Source: Candidatus Poribacteria bacterium (GTDB lineage: Bacteria; Poribacteria; WGA-4E; WGA-3G). From it: a DNA stretch of 64,000 nucleotides. This document shows positions 54,027-62,958 of this stretch, one piece after another; the first letter of the stretch is position 1, and every line of letters begins with the position of its first letter. A program made the translations under genes and the position numbers. The notes beneath the pieces are model-generated. The model worked only from the letters and a program-made list of their open reading frames with translations, did no database searches and had not been told where the DNA came from. Location: NCBI GenBank assembly GCA_965205025.1, contig CBDBFU010000033.1:1-64000 (forward strand). The letters are read 5' to 3'.

Positions 54027-55148
54027 ATGAAGCGTCTATATGTAATAATGTTGATTAGCCTTATTAGTCTATGCTCGGTTGTCACAGCACAAGCACCGCA
54101 AACGATAGCCGAGCAGCTGCTTGCTGCGACTGTCTATTTAGAAATGCGAGATAAGCAAGGTCGTCAGTCACATGGGAGTGGTTTTTTCATAGACGATGGT
54201 CTGGTGGCGACCAACTACCACGTCATTCAAAAAGCCAAAACTGCATCTGCACAGTTAGTGAACCAATCCGAAAGTTTTGAAGTACAGGGTACCGTGGCAG
54301 TAGATCCAATGCGGGATTTAGCAATACTGAAAGTGGATAATCTTAGTGTACGTCCACTTGTGCTTGGTAATAGTGAAGCGGTACGAATCGGGGACCCTAT
54401 CTACACAGTCGGTAATCCGCGCGGGATACAAGGTACATTCAGTGAAGGACGTATCAGCAACATACTACCCGCAGGTACACCCCAGAATCCTGACAAAATG
54501 ATACAGTTTACTGCCGCCATTTCTCGCGGTAGCAGTGGTGGTGCTGTCGTCAATGAAAATGTGGAAGTAATCGCTATTGTCTCCGAAACACGCGGAGATG
54601 GACAAAACCTAAACTTCGCTGTCCCTGTTAACGCACTGCAAAGGTTGTTAAATAACGCAGGTGATGTAACCCCGTTGTCCGTAGACACACAAGACAGACA
54701 ACCACATGCACATGTAAAACCAAAGAAAGTGGACATCATATATTTTGTCGTGTTGAGTGTTGTAGCGTTCCTGGCACTACACTTCTTACCGAGTGTCAAA
54801 GTCGAAAAAATAACAATCACTATCGGTGTCGCTGGGGTGATAGGTTTGCTGATGATGATAGCAAAAAGCATCATACCAACACTCCTGTCTGTTCCCATGT
54901 ATGACCTATTTAATGCACCAATGTCTGAACAGGGACTCTGGCATATGATAGATTGTCTGGATTGTATACCTATTTTGGTAGGAAAAATAACCGCGCTGCT
55001 TTGCTACTTCGGTGCCATGTGCCTTATCATCGGGAGCACAAATAAAATACAAGGGATCAATATCGAAGGCTTCTTCAATACTTGTTGGGTTGCGTTGCTT
55101 GTTGTAATAGGTCAGAAAATGATTTATTGGATATTGCCCTGGATATAA
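54027..55148 (+). CDS. Secreted trypsin-like serine protease fused to a C-terminal YvlD/phage-holin-4-like membrane domain
   Basis: Signal peptide; triad TNYHV, RDLAIL, ISRGSSGG; C-terminal TMs with FLPSVKVE and GINIEGF. Confidence 0.8.
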   Translation: MKRLYVIMLISLISLCSVVTAQAPQTIAEQLLAATVYLEMRDKQGRQSHGSGFFIDDGLVATNYHVIQKAKTASAQLVNQSESFEVQGTVAVDPMRDLAILKVDNLSVRPLVLGNSEAVRIGDPIYTVGNPRGIQGTFSEGRISNILPAGTPQNPDKMIQFTAAISRGSSGGAVVNENVEVIAIVSETRGDGQNLNFAVPVNALQRLLNNAGDVTPLSVDTQDRQPHAHVKPKKVDIIYFVVLSVVAFLALHFLPSVKVEKITITIGVAGVIGLLMMIAKSIIPTLLSVPMYDLFNAPMSEQGLWHMIDCLDCIPILVGKITALLCYFGAMCLIIGSTNKIQGINIEGFFNTCWVALLVVIGQKMIYWILPWI

Positions 55149-55213
55149 GAAAAGCAAGACAGATGGTGACAGTCAATGAACGTCATAAAGATAAGTCTGC
55201 TGAGTGAAAAATA

Positions 55214-55486
55214 TTATCCGCGATACCAAGCCCCGATAGACCTCACAATCATTTTGACAATGCCAGAGAAGAAACCGAGTAGAAACATCCCGACTAAAAC
55301 GAACGCCCCCAAACCAAGCCACCCCGATACAAACACAAAAGTACAAACAACCGCAAATATAGTCGTATTCAACACACCCAAACCGTAATGTTGACTGTAA
55401 TATATTGCTACAAAAAATGAAAATACGGGTATGATACCAAGTAAATAAAAATACCAACGCGGCAGAAAAGGAAACTTTTGTTTCAA
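55214..55486 (-). CDS. Small hypothetical membrane protein
   Basis: 90-aa hydrophobic ORF, TTG start, convergent on the protease gene. Confidence 0.5.
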   Translation of the reverse strand: MKQKFPFLPRWYFYLLGIIPVFSFFVAIYYSQHYGLGVLNTTIFAVVCTFVFVSGWLGLGAFVLVGMFLLGFFSGIVKMIVRSIGAWYRG

Positions 55487-55625
55487 AATTGATACCTATG
55501 AATTATAGAGAGAATTCTGTAACTCATGACACAAGATACGCCCCAAAAAGGTGCATAAAAGCAATATTTTCGTGGCACGAGATATTAAACCGTCTGAGAT
55601 TTCTTAGAGGGTGTTTAACCTACTA

Positions 55626-55751
55626 ATACCATTTCTGGTAATTAAAGTCCACTAATAAATCTCTTTAATGTAGCACAAACTTCCAGTTTGAGTAGTATTT
55701 CAAGACATAAATATCACCTAATCACGGGAGAATCATTTATAGAAATGGAAT
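55626..55751. mobile_element. MITE (ATACCATTTC ends) carrying REP hairpin A, uninterrupted copy
   Basis: ATACCATTTC...GAAATGGAAT; GTAGCACAAACTTCCAGTTTG; matches the outer parts of 46243..46478. Confidence 0.8.
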
Positions 55752-55916
55752 TATGTTAGATGTATGGATAATGTGTTTGGAAAAAGTGTTAATATTTATC
55801 GTTCTGATATGATTACACTTTCACGGAAACCTTCACGGAGCAATTTTACGAACCCTTATCCTATAAGGGTTTATAATTTTAACTATACCAATTTTCCGTG
55901 AATCACATAAGTTAAT
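55752..55916. repeat. ~165-bp dispersed non-coding element, copy 2
   Basis: Aligns with 3952..4118; contains palindrome AACCCTTAT-CCT-ATAAGGGTT. Confidence 0.85.
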
Positions 55917-56294
55917 ATTTATTTAACTTAAATATGAACGAAATGCATCTTTGGTACTCGTCTGATACCATTCCTATAAATGTTTATCCTATGAACAGTT
56001 GTTATACGAGACTTAAAATACTGCACAATCAGAAACCTGTTATAAGTACAATCACAGAAATCATGATAATGTATTCGTTAAATTTCTAATTGATTCTATG
56101 AATTTGAACTAAGTATGATAATTTATTAACGACAGGTGGGACACTTGCAGCGACAATTTAACTTGTTAAGATACTTGGCGGGGATATTGTAGGTATTACA
56201 TTATTAATAGAATTAACGAAATTTAATGATCAAGAAATGATTAGTGATATACCAATATTGTCTATATTTGAATCTGATAATCTATGATGGTATT

Positions 56295-56567
56295 TCAGTG
56301 TTCCTCTGCGTCCCAAACTTCACCTTCATCATGAAGCGCATCCATAAGATCTTCGTATGCCGCCAGTGCTGACAATTCATTATTGAAAAATTTTATCAAG
56401 ACCTGATTTTGATTGTCGTTACTTTTATCACCTGCCATGATAAAACGTAATGCGTATTTATTATCAGGAACACTATGATGCGTAACAATTATTTCTCTAA
56501 TAAACTTTGAATTGATTGATCTGCGTATAGAACCAAACTTAGATTCTTCAATATCCTTTATGAACAT
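56295..56567 (-). CDS. Hypothetical protein
   Basis: ATG 56567 after AAAGGA; 90 aa. Confidence 0.55.
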   Translation of the reverse strand: MFIKDIEESKFGSIRRSINSKFIREIIVTHHSVPDNKYALRFIMAGDKSNDNQNQVLIKFFNNELSALAAYEDLMDALHDEGEVWDAEEH

Positions 56568-56981
56568 GTTGATTTCCTTTCTAAAAGTCAATACTTGAAA
56601 TATTATATATCATGTTTTATATAAGTGTCAAAGTAAACTCAACGAATATAAATTATATGTCATTTCCCCAGTCTTCTCCTCTTCTGTAGGATGTAATTCC
56701 GATCCGCGATCTTCTCCTCTTCTGTGGAAGAAAACCGTAACGCAAAACGCCACTACAAAAGTTAAGCATGAGAGTAATTGATTTATTTTATTTTGAGAAA
56801 TTAGAGGAGTAATGATACAATTTGTATTGAATGTAAAAAAACAAAGCATGCTAGTAATAGTGAGGGATATGAAAGCGGGGGATACGCTTAATCCCTAATT
56901 ATACTGGGATACGCAAACTTAATCAGGCAAACACTATTTTAAATCACGTGGTGTTTGCTTCAAAACTAATGAGGTAACAGA

Positions 56982-57734
56982 ATGTTCACACCGAAACGCT
57001 TATTTTTCAGTTTAGGGTTTCTGTTTCTTACCGTCATAATAGTCTGGACAACATGGTATTTCACCATTGTACGCCCTAATCTCATAGGGAATCCTATCGT
57101 GCGTTACAACACAGAATCACAAATAACAACGAATGACACGGTAGACGCAGCAGTTATAGAAAAATCTCAGATAGGGAAAAACATTAAAGAACATGACACA
57201 TCGGAAACACATAAAGAGCCAAAAGTGATGAGTCAATCTGTGCGTGAGGGGAACAAAAACACAACCGCTTCCTCTACACAAAAAGAATCGGATAAATACA
57301 CAGATTATCCGCCCAAGTCTAATGACAAAAAATTAACTGCTGAGGAATTGGCGAAGAGAAAAGCCGAGGCAGAAATGATGATAAAGAATTATAAAATTCA
57401 GGTGAAGGAATTGCTTAATTCCACAAATGAACTCAAAAAGCAAAGTGAAAGATATAAAGCGAGTTACAATCGAAACGAAATGCATGCAAAACTCGTGAAG
57501 CGGTTAAACTCTCTTTCTGCTGAAGAGCAGAAAGCATACTTTGAAGATATCAAGAGTGGCAAAGCAATTGATGATGTCCTTGAAAACATGAGGACAGCAT
57601 TTAAAGAAGAAGGAATTCCCGATAGTTTTATAGGGGTTTTCTTTGAATTGCTTAAACCACAATTGGCTCAAGAATTCGATGCGGAGAAGCATTTAGAAGA
57701 GCTTCGTGCAGATGGATTTAAACCGAAGTTTTGA
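56982..57734 (+). CDS. Membrane-anchored helical hypothetical protein, tandem copy 1
   Basis: RBS GAGG; TM then WTTWYF...RYNTESQI, LNSLSAEEQKAYFE, HLEELRADGFKPKF. Confidence 0.8.
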   Translation: MFTPKRLFFSLGFLFLTVIIVWTTWYFTIVRPNLIGNPIVRYNTESQITTNDTVDAAVIEKSQIGKNIKEHDTSETHKEPKVMSQSVREGNKNTTASSTQKESDKYTDYPPKSNDKKLTAEELAKRKAEAEMMIKNYKIQVKELLNSTNELKKQSERYKASYNRNEMHAKLVKRLNSLSAEEQKAYFEDIKSGKAIDDVLENMRTAFKEEGIPDSFIGVFFELLKPQLAQEFDAEKHLEELRADGFKPKF

Positions 57735-57754
57735 GAAAATGGAGAAGTGTATCT

Positions 57755-58506
57755 ATGAAAAACAACTTCTTTGTATATAGTGTTGGTATTCTTGCAATTG
57801 TTGTTGTCCTTGGATGGACAACATGGTATTTCGCCATTGTACACCCTAAACTCATAGCGGAACCGATCATACGGTACAATACCGAATCCCAAATAGCAGC
57901 GGACAATACGCCAGACGCGACATCAGTAAAGACATCTCAAGGGCAGAAAATTTCTCAAGAAAAAAATGAAACTGTTGATAGGCATGTAGAGGGTGGAAGC
58001 ACAGAAAACGCGGCACCGCTTGTGTCAAAGAATTAAATCAACACACACATCATCCAGATAAGCCTAATGATGAAGAATTAAGTGCCGAGGAATTGGCAAA
58101 GAAAAAAGCTGAAATAGAAAGGGAAAGAAAGGTAGCTGAGAGATATAAAGCTCGGGTAAATGAATTAGGAGCTAGGATAAATGAACTCCAGAAGCATTCA
58201 GAAATACGAAATAAAGAAATTGCAAATCATTTAAACTCTCTTTCTGCTAAAGAGCAGCAAGCTTACTTTGAAAATATTCGAAGTGGTAAAGTACTTGAAG
58301 AATTACCGCCTAATTTTTTTAAATTAGCAAAGGCACATCTGCTATCAAAAGAAGATGAATATTCAGAGGAAGCAATAGACAAAGAGGAAGCAATAGACAA
58401 AGTCCTTGAAGGTTTTAAACAAGAGATACAGAAATATGCTTCAGAAGCAGGCGCGAAAAGGCATTTAGAGAAGCTTCGTGCCCATGGATTTGAACCGAAG
58501 TTCTGA
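57755..58506 (+). CDS. Membrane-anchored helical hypothetical protein, tandem copy 2 (apparent frameshift near 58030)
   Basis: WTTWYF...RYNTESQI, LNSLSAKEQQAYFE, HLEKLRAHGFEPKF. Confidence 0.75.
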
Positions 58507-58525
58507 GAAATGGAGAAACCTCTCT

Positions 58526-58819
58526 AAGAAAAACAACTTTTTTCTATATAGCATTGGCATCTTCGCAATTGTTGGTGTCCTCGTTTGCTTTATTGGATAC
58601 GCAACAAATACACTCCCAATGTACACGCCAATTACAGAAAACGATGCTTTCCTTTATCAGTGGATGACGGAGAAAATTGTTGAAAACAGCACCCTCCCAC
58701 CCCGTGATACACATCGCTGGCTTCCTATCGGTAGAGATAACGGTCAACTGTTACCGCTCTATTCCTATGCCATTGCCTATACACATAAAACGTTAGCGTG
58801 GTTCTTTCCTGCACTATAA
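58526..58819 (+). pseudogene. Truncated STT3/PglB-like oligosaccharyltransferase N-terminal fragment
   Basis: TM + ITENDAFLYQWMTEKI...RDTHRWLPIGRD...LYSYAIAY; AAG where the paralogous gene has ATG; cut off by a repeat cluster. Confidence 0.55.
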
Positions 58820-58855
58820 GCGTCAATTTAGAATATATTTCTTTATAGAATATGT

Positions 58856-59377
58856 CTACAAACCTACTATTGCTACGGTGAATGCCCGGTGAATGTCTAA
58901 ATGGCATTCATACCGTTGATTCCTTGATTCCTGATTCGCGGGGTGAAAGGTGTGTAGAAAACAGATTGCCAAAAAATAAGCCCCAGAGGGGTGAAAGGTT
59001 TGTAGAAAACGTACCAACCAAAGTCCTAAGCCCCAGAGGGGCGAAAGGTGTATCCCTAAATTGTCGCCTATGGTGTCTTCAATAGACCTGTCTATGAAAT
59101 GTTTATAGAAGATCATACGTCTCATGAGAACTCCACCTATATGTTGATATAGACATTCCGTCCCTACGGGACTCAATTATGTGGATATATACCTTTGCTA
59201 TAGACATTCCGTCCCTACGGGACTCAATACCTACCGGTCCGCGGAATTAATATTACCGATTTTAAAAATTTATCTTTATATAGCATTCCCCGTGGTTAGG
59301 AAACCGCACCTACCAGGTTCGGGAGAATAGTATTTTGGGTGAAATGATGTTCATATACCAATTATCAAACTCACGTT
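58856..59377. repeat. Mosaic cluster of REP units and MITE fragments
   Basis: 3x GGGG(T/C)GAAAGGT units, 2x TATAGACATTCCGTCCCTACGGGACTCAAT, REP B, two orphan right ends, 29-bp match to 52267..52295. Confidence 0.85.
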
Positions 59378-59501
59378 ATATTAGGATTAAATGGCAGTAC
59401 ATGTTCTATTTTAATTTTTGTGTTAACATAAAACATGCTATAATATACATATATTTAAACAATGTAATCTGGGGATGTATCTAAACTTAGGAGGAATTGA
59501 G

Positions 59502-60245
59502 ATGTTGAGAGTTCTTTTTGTATTGTTAATCTGCACAACTTTTGTATGTATGAATTCATATCTCGCTGTTGCTGCAGATGGTTTAGTAGGTTTTTGGCCA
59601 TTTGATGAAGGAGCCGGAGGAACTGCTACGGATGTTACTGGGAATGGACATGACGGGGAGTTCAAAGGCGCACCAAAATGGGTTGAAGGGAAATTCGGTT
59701 CAGCACTTGAATTTGACGGGAAAGATGACTACGTACTTGTTCCCGATCATGATGCCTTGGATATTGAAAATAATATTACAATGATGGCATGGTTCAGTCC
59801 TAATGATGTGCTTACCAGTCGTCGTTTAATGGTGAAGAATAATTCCATATTTGTTATCTTTGATTTTGGAAATAAGGACAGCATAGACTTTCTTGTGAAA
59901 CCTGACAATTTATTTGCTGAATCCACAACAACAGAATGGAAAGTTGGTGAATGGTATCACTTTGCAGGAACTTTTGATGGTAAGAAATTACGTGTTTATA
60001 TAAATGGAAAACTTGAAGGAGAAGCAGCTAACAGTACTCCTATTGCACCATCTGATTTAGATCTATGGATTGGTGGAGATGACTATGGACGACCAAGCGA
60101 TTTCTTTCCCGGGAAAATTGATGAAGTCCGAATATATGATGAAACATTGAATGAAGCGGATATTCAAAAAATCATGGATACACCACAAGATGTAGAGGCA
60201 CTTGGAAAACTAACTACTACATGGGGAAGCATCAAGAGTAGATAA
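59502..60245 (+). CDS. Secreted LamG (concanavalin A-like) domain protein
   Basis: GLVGFWPFDEG, GKFGSALEFDG, WYHFAGTFDG, GKIDEVRIY, tail VEALGKLTTTWGSIK. Confidence 0.9.
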   Translation: MLRVLFVLLICTTFVCMNSYLAVAADGLVGFWPFDEGAGGTATDVTGNGHDGEFKGAPKWVEGKFGSALEFDGKDDYVLVPDHDALDIENNITMMAWFSPNDVLTSRRLMVKNNSIFVIFDFGNKDSIDFLVKPDNLFAESTTTEWKVGEWYHFAGTFDGKKLRVYINGKLEGEAANSTPIAPSDLDLWIGGDDYGRPSDFFPGKIDEVRIYDETLNEADIQKIMDTPQDVEALGKLTTTWGSIKSR

Positions 60246-60254
60246 GGAATTTAT

Positions 60255-61874
60255 ATGACAAGCCAGCAAAAACGCCCTGTCGTACTCATTATTCGAGATG
60301 GATGGGGCAACAATCCATATCCTGAATATCAGGAATCAAATGCTGTTCATTTGGCAAATACACCTGTAGATGACTGGATGCGGAAAAACTATCCGCATAT
60401 TACAATTCACACCTCTGGAGAAGATGTCGGTCTACCTGCAGGTGTAATCGGTAACAGCGAAGTTGGTCATCAAAATATCGGTGCCGGACGCATAGTAAAT
60501 CAGGAATTACTCCGTATAAGTAATATGATTCGTTCAGGTGAATTTGCTCAGAACGAAGTTCTCATAAATGCAATATCTCATGTGAAAAATAACAGAACAA
60601 ATTTGCACCTTATGGGATTGGCAAGTGATGCGGGTGTACATAGTTCACTTGAACATCTATATGGATTGCTTAGGCTTGCAAAAGAACATGGATTGGAAAA
60701 AAAGCAAGTATTGGTACATAATTTTAGTGATGGACGTGATTGCCAACCAGATCTTGGTATTAAGTTTTGTGAAGAGATCGAAGCAAAATTAAAGGAGATA
60801 GGGGTAGGAAAAATAGCATCGGTCATCGGTAGATTTTATGCTATGGACCGAGATGATAGATGGGAACGGGTCGAAATAGCATATCGTCTATTAACTGAAG
60901 GAAGTGATTCTTCTGTAAACAACGCAGCCATGGCATATCGTGATTATTATCACAATCCTGATGATGTAAACCGAAAAGGGGATGAATTCGTTCGACCCAC
61001 TGTCGTGTTAGGGGAGGATGGTAAACCGTTACCCCGAATTTCTGACGGTGATTCTGTTATATTTTACAATTTTCGGGGAGACCGTCCAAGGGAGTTAACA
61101 AAGGCATTTTGTTTAGATACATTCCCGTATGATGGTGAAGGAAAAGATGGTGTTACCCGACAAATGGGTTTTAAACGGAATTGTAAATTGAGCGTTAACT
61201 TTATTACGATGACAGAATATGAACAAGGGATGCCTGTCGAAGCGGCTATTAAGAAGCCACCCAAGATGCAGAACACCCTCGGTTCTTTTGTCAGTGATGC
61301 AGGTTTAACCCAATTTCGTTGTGCTGAAACAGAGAAATTCCCTCACGTAACGTTCTTTTTTAATGACTATCGAGACGAACCGTATAATGGCGAACACCGA
61401 CAGATTATCGCCTCTCCTCGTGATGTGACTACCTATGATCAGAAACCGGAAATGTCTGCTCCTGGAGTTACAGAGGAGATGTTAAAAAGAATAGAATCTG
61501 AAAAGTACGATCTAATAGTCTTAAACTATGCGAATGGGGATATGGTAGGACACACGGGTTCACTCTCTGCAGCTATTAAAGCCGTTGAAGCAGTGGATAC
61601 TGGTGTTGGACAGATTGTCAAAGCAGTATTAGACAAAGGTGGTTCTCTCGTTGTTACTGCGGATCATGGGAATTGTGAGCAGATGATTGATCCAGAGACT
61701 GGAGGAATACATACTGCACACACAACCTTTGATGTTGATCTAATCGTTGTTGATGATGAATATAAGGGACGTGAACTCCGTTCAGGTGGACGACTTGCAG
61801 ATATTGCACCGACAGTGCTTAATCTATTAGGGTTACCTCAACCTATTGAAATGACTGGTGAATCCTTAATTTAA
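60255..61874 (+). CDS. gpmI: 2,3-bisphosphoglycerate-independent phosphoglycerate mutase
   Basis: IIRDGWG, GNSEVGH, GRFYAMDRD, AETEKFPHVTFF, DMVGHTG, ADHGNCE. Confidence 0.97.
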   Translation: MTSQQKRPVVLIIRDGWGNNPYPEYQESNAVHLANTPVDDWMRKNYPHITIHTSGEDVGLPAGVIGNSEVGHQNIGAGRIVNQELLRISNMIRSGEFAQNEVLINAISHVKNNRTNLHLMGLASDAGVHSSLEHLYGLLRLAKEHGLEKKQVLVHNFSDGRDCQPDLGIKFCEEIEAKLKEIGVGKIASVIGRFYAMDRDDRWERVEIAYRLLTEGSDSSVNNAAMAYRDYYHNPDDVNRKGDEFVRPTVVLGEDGKPLPRISDGDSVIFYNFRGDRPRELTKAFCLDTFPYDGEGKDGVTRQMGFKRNCKLSVNFITMTEYEQGMPVEAAIKKPPKMQNTLGSFVSDAGLTQFRCAETEKFPHVTFFFNDYRDEPYNGEHRQIIASPRDVTTYDQKPEMSAPGVTEEMLKRIESEKYDLIVLNYANGDMVGHTGSLSAAIKAVEAVDTGVGQIVKAVLDKGGSLVVTADHGNCEQMIDPETGGIHTAHTTFDVDLIVVDDEYKGRELRSGGRLADIAPTVLNLLGLPQPIEMTGESLI

Positions 61875-61935
61875 TGTGAAAACATTAGGGTTGCATAATT
61901 AATTGAAACTCTAAACAAACTTAGGAGATTTTGGC

Positions 61936-62931
61936 ATGTCTTCATTGATTGACCAAGAAGTTCGCAGCGATTTTCGCTTATTTGCAGGTCGAGCAAATCC
62001 TGCTTTAGCAAAAGAGATCGCAGGGATTTTAGGTGTTGAACTCGGAAAGATTTCGATTGGTCCATTCCCGAATAGTGAGACACGCGTTCAGATAGAAGAG
62101 AGTATTCGCGGTACAGATATTTATATCATCCAACCTACTTGTGAACCAGCGAATGAAACACTCATGGAGCTTCTGATTACAATAGATGCTATGAAAAGGG
62201 CATCCGCCAGACAAATTACTGCGATTATTCCGTACTTTGGGTATGCACGGCAAGATCATAAAACAACAGGTCGTGAACCCATTAGCGCAAAGCTTGTTGC
62301 TAACCTATTGACGACTGCAGGTGCAAGTCGTGTAATGGCGATTGACTTACACGTGCCTCAGATTCAAGGTTTCTTTGATATACCTATGGATCATTTAACT
62401 GCGCTTACCACCTTAGCAAACTATTTTAAAGAGAAAGATATTGAAAATGGTGTAATAGTTGCTCCTGATGCTGGTCGTGCAAAGTTGGCTGAAAAATATT
62501 CTGATATCTTACGACTTCCCTTAGCAATTATGCATAAGCGTAGAAATGGGAATAACGGACAAGATGTAAAATTTGTTGAGCTTGTGGGTGAAGTAGAAGG
62601 AAAAACACCTATCATAATTGACGATGAAATCGCTACTGGTGGGAGTATTCATCAGCAGGCACAAGCCTTGGCAGCAGCAGGAGCGGAACCAGCTTATGTA
62701 AGTATCACTCACGGCGTATTTGTTGGATCTGCTTTGGAAAGACTTGAACATCCTTCCATACGAGAAGTCGTCGCAACGGATACTATTCCAATTCCTGCTG
62801 AGAAACAATTAGAGGGTAAGATTCATGTTCTGTCAATTGCACCTCTCCTTGCTGCCGCTATTTTGAGAGTACATCAACACAGATCTGTTAGTCAAGTTTT
62901 CAGAGAACAGCATCTCGATTTTCCAGTTTAA
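61936..62931 (+). CDS. prs: Ribose-phosphate pyrophosphokinase
   Basis: IPYFGYARQD, DLHVPQIQGFF, APDAG, IIDDEIATGGS. Confidence 0.96.
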   Translation: MSSLIDQEVRSDFRLFAGRANPALAKEIAGILGVELGKISIGPFPNSETRVQIEESIRGTDIYIIQPTCEPANETLMELLITIDAMKRASARQITAIIPYFGYARQDHKTTGREPISAKLVANLLTTAGASRVMAIDLHVPQIQGFFDIPMDHLTALTTLANYFKEKDIENGVIVAPDAGRAKLAEKYSDILRLPLAIMHKRRNGNNGQDVKFVELVGEVEGKTPIIIDDEIATGGSIHQQAQALAAAGAEPAYVSITHGVFVGSALERLEHPSIREVVATDTIPIPAEKQLEGKIHVLSIAPLLAAAILRVHQHRSVSQVFREQHLDFPV

Positions 62932-62958
62932 TGTTAGATTTTCCAATGAAATGAACAG

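Noticed and set aside
55735-55762. Chromosomal dif site
   Set aside because: Only the XerD-like arm matches; the XerC position is occupied by a MITE end
54027-58819. Prophage, suggested by the holin-like domain
   Set aside because: No structural, terminase, endolysin or integrase genes
58936-59053. CRISPR-like three-unit array
   Set aside because: Degenerate units with ~20-nt spacers inside a REP/MITE cluster, no leader or cas genes
58856-59176. Short ORFs in the repeat cluster and other antisense ORFs in the track
   Set aside because: They overlap repeats or real genes and show no RBS or protein motifs
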